Shown here piece by piece: positions 36,763-50,400 of a stretch of DNA of 64,000 bases (its first letter is position 1; each line of letters opens with the position of its first letter). The notes under the pieces were generated by a model that had not been told where the DNA came from, ran no database searches, and was given only the letters and a program-made list of their open reading frames with translations. Origin of the DNA: Lobosporangium transversale (lineage: Eukaryota); NCBI RefSeq assembly GCF_002105155.1, contig NW_019028991.1, positions 248,001 to 312,000 of the forward strand, read 5' to 3'. The position numbers were made by a program, and so were the translations under genes.

Positions 36763-39700
36763 GACAATTTTGCTCCATTGTTCCTAATTCGTGTTTCCTA
36801 CAATATATTTTATTCGATGTATTTAGGCAGAGAAAATCATCGAAGAGCTATTCTCAGCCATTACTGCCATGGATTTGAATTCATTGCTGGAATATTGGCG
36901 ATACCTTGATATACGATATTTCTCACGTCTAGATCATCGCTTTTCAGGGAGTGTTAAAAAATTCGAACTATGTCTTCTAAGATATTATCTTGTCTATGGT
37001 AAGAGTGTAATCCTCAATGCGCCTTTTTTTTTTTTTTCTTTGTACTATTAAGCTAAACGTATCTATTATTATTACTTGTTATCTTATTATTCCCTGTTTA
37101 TTTCCTGAGAATAGCAATACAGCACAAGAGAAGAGATAAAGTAGTCGAGTTCTTTGATATTCACGGAGCAGAGCTTCAGGGCAATCCTGAATGGGTGCGT
37201 TGGTTTGGTACGAATATTCAGTCATTGAATTGGAGGAAAAAAAGAAAAAAGAAAAAAGAAAAAAAAAAAAAAAAAGATATATTCACTAAGACCTTAGATT
37301 CAATCTTTTTTTTTTTTTTTTTTTTTTTTTTTTGTTGAATATTATAGCATTACCCTTCTCAAAAAAACCAGAAGTAGATCCAGAGTTTGATGTATTCTTT
37401 TCAAAGGCGTGGCTTGATACATTTACGGTGTCATTACATAACTTTCTCAGCACTGTCTTCCAGAATATGCGTACGCATCTTCATTTGAATATTTTAAAGC
37501 TAAAATGGATGATACAACTTGAAGGAAAAAAAAAAAAAAAAAAAAGCTTTGTTTTCCTAATCCTATTTATTTTATTTTATTTTTTTAGCACTGCCAAGTC
37601 TTCTATGTTTCAACATCGATAGATTGCACAGGAAAGCACTTCAATGCGAGGTTGAGACTTTGCAGGGTATGATCGAGAACTTGCGTAAAGAAATACAGTC
37701 GAATGATGCAGAAATATCGTCTTTGAGAGATCAGGTAAAAAAAATAAAGATAAAAATAAAAATAAATTAAAAGTTAAAAATGAGAAAGTTAGCTTTGGGC
37801 TCTTACATTATATATATATCTTATAGGTAGCATTGAAAAAGGTCACAGGCGCCAGGAGGCGACGAGCAGCATCTATGGTAGAACCACAGTTGATTATCAA
37901 CGCGGACGGTAGTATGAAGGGTGGTACTATTCCGAAACGATCTGGCTCACAGTCCTCGCAGGTGTCACAAACAAGTAAATAAGCTTAATTTTACCATGCT
38001 TACTAGTGCAATTGATGTCCTTATATAAGCATTCAATTCATCTAACTTTTTAACTTTTTATATCAAGGTCGACTGGCAATAACGAATGCGAGACGCCTCC
38101 GTGCGGCATCAGATGCAGCATCTTTTGCAAAATCGGACAGTGATATTGCATTGCTTTCAGATTCAGCTTCAGAGGAAGGAGATTCTGTAAAAGGATCAGA
38201 AGAAAAAGTAGCAGGAGAAGAAGGAAGAAGAGATGGAGGAGCAGAAGAAATTGAGGCAGAGGGGGCAGTAGTGGGAGGAGTCGAACAACCTTTTATCATT
38301 GTGTCTCAAGAGATCTTTTTAGAACATCAATCTGGAATTACTCATGCGAAATTCTCTTGTGAGGGTACTTTGATTTCAAGCTGTGATACAGAGAACATTG
38401 TGAGGATATGGGCGTACAATGGATCGAGCGCCATGTCACCTGCAAAGATTACAAACACGAACAATATTCTATCACTGGCCTGGGAGACCCGTGATCGATA
38501 TGTAAGGCAAAAGAAGGAATCATCCATATCGTACCTCAAAGAATTTCGATTCAGAAGACTGACGCAAAATTTTTGGCTTTTTTTTTTTTTTTTTTTTTTT
38601 TTTTTGACTTTTAGATCTTCTTGGGCACCGATGTGAATTTGATCCGCTGCTTCAGTTTAGACTCGAGGTCGGTAGTGCATGAAATCAAAACCGATACTCA
38701 ATTCCCAAGGTAAATCAAACTCACTTTTTGCATCCCTAGCCTCGGTATCTGTCTGTTTATCGCCTATTCCTAATATGTATTTTTTCCTTTTTTTTCTTTT
38801 CTCTCTTTAGAATTAGATATTTAGCGTATTCTCCGGTAGAGCCTGTCCTCGTATGTGCTGTAGCTAATAGCGACGATACTTCTGGAGCATTATTGTCGAT
38901 CAATATGAAATCCATGAATACTGAGGTATGGGATGGTTAACAAGGGTAACGATTAGCTCTTAAAAAAAAAAAAAAAAGCTATTCCAGAAGGGGAATACCC
39001 GACTTATTTTCTTTATTTCTTTCTTTTTTCTTCTTATCTCCTACCTTGCCCTTAGCACATTGTGCTATTGAATGGTGGGGCAGCAGATGTGATTAATGCA
39101 GTTGGATTCAACCACAACGGACAACTGCTTGTTACTGGGGATGTCGGAGGAATGATTAAGATTTATGATATCCGATCATTGACACAGATCATGGAATGGA
39201 GTGCATCTGGGCAACCGATCTTGTCTTGCACATTTAGCTTTGATGAGACATCGATTTATAGCGTTGATGCGCAAGGCCGGCTTTCACAGGATTCGATACA
39301 TAAACCAGATCATAGGGTTGATTCATATCCATTGCAGGGGTTTACATCCTCTACACTATCGTCAGCGATAGTCACATCATCTTCGAATAGTGTTCATTCA
39401 GCGGGTGGAAATAGTATACGATCCAAGACGTTTGTTCGTACTGCTTCCATTGGACATGCTCCTAGAATACAACTAGAGAGTTCTGGAGGCACTATTTCAG
39501 GTGTATCCGGTATTGGAATCGACAGTGGAAATGGACAGGAAGGAGAAGGAAGCTCATCATCCACTAGTACTGCTGCTACTGTTGCTGGAAGCAAAGCTTC
39601 TAATAGCAAATACTTTACCAGTAGCGCTCTGGCGAGCATGAATGTTGGGCCAGGTCAACTTTTGGGCTGGAGTGGTGATACCGATCACCTTGTGATGGCA

Positions 39701-39962
39701 TGTGGAAATGCAGGCGTCATAGTCCAGGTAAGGATCGAAGTAGTTTTTTTTTTATTATCACTATTATTTTGTCAAGGTTGTTAAGTGGAAAATATATTTG
39801 CTTTTATTTCTTGTATCATAGACCAATTCAGGGCAGCAAGTACAACCATTGCTAGGTCATTCCCACCCCTTGACATGTGTAGACTGGTCTGCAGTTGTTG
39901 GAGCGTGTCTCACTGGATCAGCTGATGGAACTGTTCGGATTAGCAAACTCATGCGCATCTGA
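36437..39962 (+). CDS. WDR91: WD repeat protein WDR91 (SORF-1)-like
   Basis: N-terminus DELVKEYLLFRGFTNT..FEAE.K.DKDKGFQAEKII, LLRYYLV, WFALPF..P..DP.F..FFSK.W, SLHNFLS; C-terminal WD40 repeats (FLEHQSGI, FNHNGQLLVTGD, TCVDWS); many short introns. Confidence 0.85.
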
Positions 39963-40152
39963 GGCTCTGATAGTTTTTTTTTTTTTTTTTTAAGAATCAA
40001 ACAATATAAAGCTTGATATTTTATTTTATAATAATGCAGGATGGACTGAAATTTTATTGTACTTGTTATTCAAAGGCTTTCTGCCCTTAAAGAGCGAATG
40101 AGAAATAATACACAAAGTGAGATAGTGATAGCAGGTAAATGAGGAGGAAAAA

Positions 40153-41485
40153 TTAGGCAAAAACATTTTTATCAGAGAGAGGATCGTCTGGTAATACTGC
40201 ATCCTTCATCTTCGCATCTCTCTTGGCAATAGCTTCCATGCGATCCTTATAACGGTTAGCCTTGGCATTCCTGATATGAGCTCTTGCGACATTGGGACTA
40301 ATAAATTCAGGATTTTCGAATGCAGTCTGACCGCCAAAAGAGCCATCAAAGGTGCGGATTGGGTTCATGACAAAGCGAGGGCCAATTTCGACTAGAGTCA
40401 GATCAGTTGTGTCTGTGGGAGAGCGATGTTCGATCGGCTTTTCTGTGATCTGGTAATTACGGAACCAGACACGGTTATCGACAATAGAGAAGGAAATGAC
40501 ATGATCGATAAAAGGCTTAATTCTACGTGATGTTTTAGGGACACCAAAGACCTGTGTAAAGAGTTCCTTCATCAACATCCAGTGAGGAGTACTTTCAAAG
40601 TTCTTGTCGAATGACAAAATGTGACGCGATCCTTTTAGACAGTTTCCAGTCATCTTGAGCTCTTCCATTGTGTGAACTTGGGAAGTATAAACAAAAAAGA
40701 AAAGGAGAAGGTTTAGTACACACGTGCTTTGCCTATGTTACAAAGATTCAATCTTGGAATAAAAAGAATTGAGGATGGCCTCAACAGACCAATATTGACT
40801 TACTGTTCTGGACATGAAACTTCATGCTAGGACCATTAGGGGTCTTGGAAATCCACATGTAAAGATCCTGTCTCTTTCTGACCTCGAAGAAAATGCAGTT
40901 GTTACAATTGTTCAAATCGGCAAGCTCATTAATGATATAAAGTTTTGATTTGGAATCCAGTTTAGCATCCTTCTTTGAATGAGGCAACAGGTTGCCGAGA
41001 TCGGTGAGCAAGTGGCGTTGGCTAATTTATCATTGAGTTAAAAACCTCGAATTAGCTGGAAGAACATGGCAGAGGAAAAAAAAAGAGAGATGTTTCCCCC
41101 AGTTTGGCCTCCTGAATTATTATAGCTCGGCTTTGAATTGAAGATCTTATTGTCAGCAGCTGGAGATAGCAATCCATATTGGCTCAGATATATTCTACTA
41201 TTTTTCCCAGTTAAATCAACATCTTTTGATCTGATGTCCCTAACTATAGTATCATCATGTGGAATTGCACACGATCCAACTACTACACAATTATTGCCTT
41301 CTGCCAGGTCAAATATTAAACATTGGAGTAAAACAAATGCGTTTTGCTTACCGAGAATTAATTCCACGTGAAGACAAGAGAAGCACACGCTGCTTATTTT
41401 TGAAGATTTTATCATCTGAACTCTTGGTGACAATACCTTCAGCCTTGTCCTTTTTGTCCTTCTGTTGTTTAAATACGGTAGCCAT
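40153..41485 (-). CDS. BRX1: Brix-domain ribosome biogenesis protein Brx1
   Basis: KNKQRVLLLSSRGINSR|QRHLLTDL..PHSKKD.KLD..NCNNCIFFE..PNGPS.KFHVQN|VHTMEELKMTGNCLKGSR..LVEIGPRF; intron 1 at 41022-41351. Confidence 0.96.
41180..41263 (-). ncRNA. intronic box C/D snoRNA, snR64/SNORD74(U74)-like guide for LSU rRNA Cm2337 (yeast numbering)
   Basis: Box C ATGATGA (41258-41252), guide GTTAGGGACAT, D' CAGA (41233-41230), C' ATGTTGA (41222-41216), box D CTGA (41187-41184), flanking stem GCAATTCCA / TGGATTGC; guide complementary to conserved LSU rRNA UGUCCCUA. Confidence 0.85.
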
Positions 41486-41816
41486 GGTTATATATTTAAG
41501 AGGATATTAGAGTATATAGAATGGTGGAGTTGATGTTGTTAGGGAGCGTCGGGTTTTACAAGGACAAGTGAAGTAATGAGGAGTAAGGATTGCCTGCTTA
41601 CAAGGCATGAACAAAAAAAAGAAAAAAAAAAAAGAAACAATAACACACAGGATGTGGCTTTCATGAGTCTTTTTTTATTAAGCTTGTCACTATCATGTGA
41701 TGCCCAGTTTTCCGTGAATTCCGTCTCAATTGATGACACTCTATTTTGAACCTTCCTTGACCCATCTAATATCTTCCCCTTCATCGAAATAACACAGAAC
41801 CAATAAACACACAATA

Positions 41817-42129
41817 ATGGCTTCCCGCATCGCTGCTGCTGTCAAAGGCATCCGTTTCGCCTCCTCTACTTCCGCTGCTAACGCTGCTAACCCTTGGTTG
41901 GCTGAGCGCATTGCCATCAAGGAACATGCCGGACGTACGTTTCTCACTCTTTCTATCCTTTTTTCTTTGCTGTTATTGAATACCAGTCTCTGGCGCATCC
42001 ATCGCCTTTTTAATTCCAAGTCAGCCAGCGGATTACATGCCAACTACGCTACATGAGCAAATGAGAAAATGAAAATCTTGCAGCATCTCATCAGCAAAAT
42101 GAATCGCGACACATGATATTAGTACGGCC

Positions 42130-42171
<42 letters not shown>

Positions 42172-42887
42172 CGGAAACCTCGAGAGGACGGTAGAAGGTT
42201 TAATTTATACTTTCAAATGGCATTTGAAAGCAATTCCTCTCCTTTGAAATTAGTTTTTGCATTAAGCAAGTGGTGGAAGAGCCAATCATCAATTCTGTTT
42301 GGCCATTTCGGATCCGTTGATTGTTACAGCAAGGAAAATACTTTGTGATTTTATCAGTATTCTTACGCGGCATTACTGGACGGCGTGTCTGACGCCACAC
42401 ATTATAAACATTAGAGGACTTTTAGTATTCTCTATTCTTCTATTCCACTACTTCTTATCAACATGAGCATTATTTCTAACTTTTTTTTTTAAACGTCCTT
42501 GTTTATAGCTGCTGCTGAGACCTGGCGCAAAATTTCTATCTATGTCTGCATCCCTACTATCCTCGTTTCTTCGGCCAATGCCTACAATCTCTATGCTAAG
42601 CATCAGGCCCACTTGGAGCATGAGCGTCATGAGGGTCACGAGCGCGTCAAGTACCCTTACATGCGCATCCGTGCCAAGGTAAAAATGAAGGAAAAAATTC
42701 ATGTCCTCACTTTTTTTATTTCGGATATCTGCAGTTAGTTTATGTGTCCTAATATAACAGGCTGGGTAATGTTTTCAATTTTTTTTAAACGTGCTTCTTT
42801 TTTTTTTTTTTTTTTTTTTTTTCCTTTCTCTAGGCTTTCCCATGGGGTGATGACTCTTTGTTCTATAATCCCGATGTCAACTTCTAA
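41817..42887 (+). CDS. COX13: Cytochrome c oxidase subunit VIa
   Basis: Mitochondrial presequence, KEHAG|PAAETWRKISIYVCIP, TM helix, YPYMRIRAK|AFPWGD.SLFYNP.VN; intron 1 at 41935-42508 plus a second intron. Confidence 0.93.
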
Positions 42888-43113
42888 ACGAGCTTGGCTT
42901 AATGATCATCATCAATCATCAACAACATCGATAACAAAAAAAAAAAAGAAAAAGATGGGCGGATGAATTTTTAGAATCGTATACAGTTCTTTATAGCTTT
43001 GTTAGCTTTACAATAACATGGATGAAGGAAACTAAGGAAGTTCTGAAAATTCAGGCGACTTAGTCAAAAGTAAAAAAAACTTTTTTCTTTTACTTTGTGA
43101 ATAAAGAAATAAT

Positions 43114-43145
<32 letters not shown>

Positions 43146-46100
43146 TTGAATTATTACTCCAAGTCCTTTTCAACCAATTATGGAATACATAATATGCGAT
43201 GTATAAATGATAGGAGATGTGAGTAGTTTCAAAAACATTCCTCATCTCTGCCAGATGAAGAGGTTGTTCCTGTTGCTGCCCCACTAATGCTTTCAGGAAT
43301 AAAGTAACAAGGACTAATCAAAAGGGAAGAGAGAAACTTTTTACAGAAACCATAGCTCAAAATATATAATAAATAGCTCTTTCTCCCTTAAATGTATCTG
43401 CTGTTGCTTCTATTCATCGATCCTCTTGATCTTCACCCATAATAATTTCTTTGAATGCCGCCGTCAAACCAGCATGGATGGCCTCAAATCTACATTTGAA
43501 CTCCGTAAAAATGAGGGTGTATCTGACAATCAATCAATAGCCGACGTATATGACTATCGTGGATAGCGAAACCTTAATCATTGGTTTTGGAGCCACAGCA
43601 AGTTAAGGCCCAGATGTTCGTCCCGAGAACTATATATGCTTTTTTGATCCGATTGAGAATTCGTTAACTTGCCTCAAATACCAACCTCAAGTAATGCAGC
43701 ACTCTTTGTAACTTACCTAGCAGCGAGAAGGAGCGATAAACGGGTAGGAGCGGAGAAGAGTCGATGAAGTTTCGACATTTTCCCTCCACATAGAGGATGA
43801 ATCCAATCACAATGACAGCTGCAAAGATAGCTTTGAAAAGGGCTCTATGAAGGTAACTCCTCCGATAAAGAGGACGACCTTAAAGCTCCCATGAAAGACT
43901 GTGTCTGGAAAGGTTTGCGAGAGCGCGCTCATAGCCTGGAAAAGCCTAAAGCACCACTTCTCTTGGCTCTAGGTGGTTTGTAACATGATTAGGCCAATGA
44001 CCGCGATTAGGATCGAGGAAGAGAAGCATCCTAATAGATATATGCCCTAAGAGTTGCTCTCTCCCGAATTTACTCGTTTGGATCGATAAAGATACATGAT
44101 TCAAGGCAAAAAAAGAGGAAAGCTGTTTTGTTTCTATCGAATACCCTCCTCCCTCTCGCTCATCTCTTTGCTCCACCATTTGTTTACATCAACGCTGTAA
44201 TGAAGAAGGTACTCCATTTTTGATATGGCGGGCGACATGAGTAGAGTGTGTAAGACCTTTTTTTCTCTTTTTATTTTCTTTTCATCATATCCATCATAGA
44301 CCATCATCAATGCCACTAAAAAAAAAAAAAAAAAAAAAAAGGTGGATCAAAAGAAAGATAAGGTTGGAAGAAAGGCAGTTCCAACGACGAGTGAGGCAAT
44401 AGGCCCCATATTCGTGCTTGCCCTCGCCTAGCGGAATAAATAAACAGAAAGAAGTTATGCTCTTTAAGGATAACGTCCTGAATTTTCTCTGGATCTTTTT
44501 TTTTTTTTTTTTTTTTTCTTTTTCTTTTTTTGAACAAGCGTTGCCTTGAGCTCCTTATTTTTTGAGCTTACTAGCACTTGGATCTGTAACTAAATGTTAA
44601 TTGATCAAAAAAAGAAAAGAAAGTCGATATCCCGACAAAACAGACATTCAATAAATCGTAATCTTACGAGAGTTGAATGCATCAGGAACATGGTGCGCGA
44701 AAAGTGGGGCTATATGATTAATTCTATGCTTCCTAACTACTAAATTTCAATGAAACGTCTAGAAGGAAGAACGATTGAATAAGAATCATAAAGTCTGAAT
44801 AATTTATAACCTCGATCGCGTTTGTGTATATTATACACCGCATGCCTTGTCCTGTCCCAAACAGGTTGAGGGTTGAGCGGAGATCATTGGTAGCTCTATA
44901 TTTTTCAAATAGACCTGGGCACACTAAACTACTCCCGGCATCTGACAGTATAGTTCAACAAACCACTTGTTGATGGGATCACAGCTTTCTCGCAGTGTAT
45001 TCAAATGCAGAGCTGCGCCAAGCCTCTTTCTAACCCTATATGTCATTTACTTCTGCTATTTATTGTTATGCATATTTATCATCCTTGTAATGTTCGTCTT
45101 CATTGTTGTGTGTGACACAAGCTATACAGTACTTTGATCTAAGATGCAACTCTAAGCGAGCTCTTTATTCCGCTGAATATGTTCATTAGTTTACAATGAT
45201 TCCATCTTCCACCAGCCAAAAACCGGCTTGGTATTGAAGTCCAAGGACAAAGGTAAATGATCTAAAAAAAAAAAAAAAATAGGTGATTTGAAGCTGAGAA
45301 GCCATGACTGTGATATACGCTATCCATGGGTATGATCTTTCTATGAACAAAGTACTGTCATAACATTCATTATCTATACATTGGGTGATCAAAAACAAGA
45401 AAGGAAAGACATGCATTTGATCATATTACTCACCATTGCCTTTGAGCTGATATTGGCCACTCTATTCTTTCTTTTATTTTTTTATTTTTTTTATATTTTT
45501 TTCGGAAGAGGAGGAGGAAGGACGCTTAAAAATAAATAGGCATTTATATTTGAACAGCTGAACGAGAAGGCCTCAATATTAATAAGCGAGTGTGCTATTA
45601 CCAGTTTTGCGCTGATTAGCTACGCCATACTTGAAAGTTATATTGGAGAGCGCTTTTATTATTGCACCTGTGGACTATATTTATTATTTTAAAATAAAAA
45701 GGACCTTGGTCAACAAATAGATCCGAGAAAAAAAACTCCTTGCACGGTTTTTTTATTGCTAGTCGATAAAGGAGAAAGAGTGGATTAAAACTTTCATAAA
45801 AAAAAAAGAGAGAGCTATTCTGTACTCTAGGAAGATCGACTTTTAGATAGACATGCATCCATTATTTGATTGATGGTGAAACGGAGGTACTACTTTCATG
45901 GTGGACCCTACTCCACTGTTGATTTCATTATTAATCTTATACTCTTCCGACGTGGATAGGAGTGAGGCTGCTAGTCCGTATAATGAGCATTAAGATGTCT
46001 GCCATCCAGGGTTTCAGTATGTATTTATGTGTTTTGTCAATATTATATTTGATAGTAGTTGATTTAGATTATTTATTTATTTATTTTTTATACCTGGGGT

Positions 46101-46753
46101 AAGTTTTAGCCAGAGTTTTCGCGTGTGGTGTTTTTGCTTTTTTTTGTGTTACACAAATGAAGTAATTTGTTGTGAAACGTCGCTGAATCATTTTTTGTAA
46201 CGATTGACGCACCATTTATTGCCAATTATTTGTACAAAAAAATTCCTATCATTGACTACATCTCGGTAGCGGAGCCAATTTTGCTTTTTAGTTGAATTGG
46301 CAGCTATCGATGGGATGTTATGAGGAATAGTCACTTTTAGTAGTGACCAATATCGAATTTAACCGACAGTAGCGCCCTCTTTTTGTATTTAAAGGTGATG
46401 TTGAGATGTATAAATGTGAAAATGAACTGGTTCTTTAACCAAGGTACAGTTGTTTGCTGTTGTGGCACGAAAAGATATGAAATAAAATAAAATAAAATAA
46501 AATAAAATAAAAGAGAAGAAAAGAGCATCACACATTATTTTTATTCCATTCTACGTCGGAATGAAAGGGCCGAATATTATATTGATTGTGTAATTTGAAT
46601 GAATACGAAAGACAATGGGAAGTGCATGCGTTGCCTTGAGTTTACGGCGGATGGCCAACAGAATCCGCTAATGGATCGTGTTATATTTTGGATACTTACA
46701 CGTTCGTATATAATTATCTTGAAGCTTCGTTCCAATTGAGCTCTATACAGAAG

Positions 46754-46790
<37 letters not shown>

Positions 46791-47483
46791 AATGCCTAAC
46801 GATCCTAGGCGGAAAACAAGGCACGCATTGGTAGATCAAAGGGGCTCTTATTGCACTGCTATGCCTTTTAAAAAGTAAATATGAACACATTTTTATAATT
46901 CCTTAGTTGGAGAGTAATAAACGATACTAGAGTATAGTATTGTGATGGAGATAACTTTGAGAAAAGAATACCGAGCTTATTCATAATCATGACATTTCCT
47001 GGGCATACTTTTCCTACTAATCCTATCCTGGTCAGACAACTTGTTTGCTAAGACATGGATGGAGAAAGACCAAATCTAAAGCGAGATACAAGTAGTAAGT
47101 CATACCCTATTATCATGTTCATAAATAGAGGACCGCATAAGTCGCACTTTTTTTTTGTCTTGTTTCTTTCCACCCTTCGTAGACTCTTACCCGGAATACA
47201 TTGTATGTCTCTGTTCCCACAATTCATATTGATCTCTGACCGCTAATCATTAACTAGTTAATGTTGTTTACGGTTTTTCTCTCACTTTTTCTCATACACT
47301 CGGTTGCTCATCTGTATCCACAGTCCATTTTGCATCCAATACCGAATTGTTACGCCGTGTTCCCATTGATCATCCTTGTGCTACGCACTTGCACATCGCA
47401 TCCTTCGAATTCCTTGTCCTGTGTTTCTACCCATCCGCTCCTAACACATCGTCAACCAATCTCTATATCTCTCTATTCGGTCA

Positions 47484-50400
47484 ATGTCTAACCCAAGTGA
47501 AGCAACCTTGGGTAATGGTAATGGTGAGCATAAACCGTACGGCCTCATGCATAATCAGCCCCAGATACCATTACAACAGCGGCAGCCACAACATCCATTA
47601 CATATCAACGTGCCAATTCAACAGCCAATTCAACGGCCAATGCAACAACCCACCCAACATGAAACTATCATCTCCGGCCTTGGTAACGAAGAGTTGGAAG
47701 AGGAAGGGGATGAAGATGACACTGGAAGTGGCACATATGAGGACGCCATCAGCGGTCGCTGGGGAGAAGGCCCTTCGCATGTCGATGTTGTTGGAGCTGA
47801 GAATGATTACAGAAAATTGAAACGCGAGCTTACAAGACGCTCGTCTATTTACAGAGTCCAGGCTGGCGAAAAGGCTGAGGCTGCTGGCGACTTTGATTTA
47901 ACTGAATATCTGCAGGAGGTCGTACCTCGAGCTCAGCAAGCAGGTATCAAACGTCGCAATCTCGGTGTTGTTTGGGAAGACCTTGAAGTTCTCGGCGAAG
48001 GTGTTGGTGCCCGGCATATTACTACGTTCGCTGATCCCTTTATTGGCATTTTCAATCTGATTAATCCGATATTCTGGGCGAGGAAGTGTTCCTCACGTGG
48101 CTCCAAGCAATCCAAAATTATCACCCGCACCATCATTCATCCTATGAATGGCTTTTGCTGTGATGGGGAGATGGTGTTGGTCCTCGGCCGTCCTGGCGCT
48201 GGATGTTCTACTTTGCTGCGTGTTCTCGCTAATGACCGCAAGAATTACAAAAAAATCAACGGGGAGGTCACATACGGGCCTTTCTCTGCGGAGGAGATCC
48301 AGAAGCATCATCGTGGGGAGGTTTCGTACAACCAAGAAGGTAATAGAGCATCAAGGAAACAGTCTGTGTATTTTGTTATCGTTTACGAATCTGACTTGAA
48401 ATTAAACCGGCACAACTGCAGATGATTTCCATTACCCTACTTTGACCGTGCGACAGACCCTTGAGATGGCACTCAAGACAAAAACGCCTTCCAAGCGCCT
48501 GCAGCACCACCGCAGAGACTTTGTAAGAGAGCTCCTTGATGTCCTCACGAAGATGTTTGGTCTCACTAAGCAAGTCGACACTATCGTTGGTAACGCCTTC
48601 ATCCGAGGTGTTTCAGGAGGAGAGCGCAAGCGTCTTTCCATTGCTGAACAGATGGCAACACGATCTGTTGTCAACATGTGGGATGGCTCTACTCGTGGTC
48701 TTGATGCGTCCTCGGCGCTGGATTACGCCAAATGTTTGCGTATCCAAACTGTATGCGCTTTTTTTTTTCTTTTTTTTATTATGATTGTTGTAATTGTAGA
48801 GTAAGACATCAAGCTAATAGTCTCTTATGCCTCGCTAATTTAATTTTTTTTTTTTTTTTTGAACCAGAACCTGCTTCGTAAAGCGACATTCGTCACCATC
48901 TACCAAGCTGTAAGTGACATGATAGACCCAGCACAATTACCCTCTCAAGCCTACATTTATTCATTCCTTCGTACTCATTGTTTCCTATTTTTGTTCTATT
49001 TTGGATGCATTTTACATAGTCTGAGAACATCTATGACCTCTTCGATAAGACCCTGCTTCTGTACGAGGGTCGATGCATTTATTTCGGTCCTGCCAATGAG
49101 GCTCGTCAGTACTTCATTGACCTCGGTTTCAAGTGCCCTCCCCGTCAGACTACTGCTGACTTTCTGACTGCAATTACTGATCCTAATGAGCGCCGTCCTC
49201 GCCCTGAATTTTATGGACGTGTGCCCCGTACGCCCAAAGAATTTGAGGATACGTTCAAGGCTTCGCAATTCTACGCAATAGCTGAAAGACAGCGCATTGA
49301 ATATCAGAATGAAGTCCATGAAAGGAGCCTTGCCGAGGGTTATAAAGAAGCGGTCAAGCAAACCAAGCAGAAGCATGTTTCAGTCCACACTCCTTATACG
49401 ATCAACTTTGTTAGTCAAGTCAAAGCTTTGACCGTGCGCCAATACCAGCTTACTATGGGAGACTTGACCTCCGTATTTTCTCGCTATGCATCCAATGTAT
49501 GTGAATTTATCTTGACGTAGGTCTTGATGCTATGCGCTTCTTACAGCTGCAAGCCTTCCATGATATTAATAATCGATAGTTTTATCTCTATTTACAAACA
49601 GGTTATCAAAGCCATCATTGTCGGAAGTGTCTTCTTCCTCTTGCCTTTGTCTGCTAACGGTGCCTTCACCCGTGGAGGTGTTTTGTTTTTTGCTCTACTC
49701 TTCAACGCCTTGATCTCCCAAGCCGAGCTCCCCACGGCACTGCAGGGGCGCCCAATTCTGTACAAACATAAGGGGTGCGTGATTGAAAGGCCTGGCTGAT
49801 CCTGTTGAGCATACCTGGCTTCATGTGTTGTATACCTGAAACCATTACTAACAATTTATGTTAATGTTGTTATTATTTCGGCTGCATACCATAGTTTCGC
49901 GATGTACCGACCATCAGCTTTTGTGATTGCGCAGGTTTGCATCGATATCCCTCTTGTGCTTCTCCAGATCCTGCTGTTCTCCGTCGTGCTATATTTCATG
50001 TCTGGGCTACAAAGGACGTTTGTCAAATGGTTGTTATTCTGTATCATTTTGTTTCTCTGCGCAATGTGCATGACAGCATTCTTCCGGATGGTATTTTTTT
50101 TTTTGCTTGATGTTGTCTATATTTCTCTCTAAAGCATGAAATGAAATCTAATTATCTCTTTTCCATCTACTAATTCATGCTCGGATATATCCCTAGTGGG
50201 CTGCTATGTCTGCGACGTTCAATGCCGCTTCACGTAATTCGGGCTTGATTCTCTTGGCTCTAGTTCTGTACTGTGGATACCTGATTCCTTACCAATCTAT
50301 GCACCCATGGTTCATCTGGATCTTTTGGATCAACCCGCTCTCATATGCCTTCAAGGCCTTGATATCTAACGAAATGAAAGGCTTGAAATTTAATTGCGCC

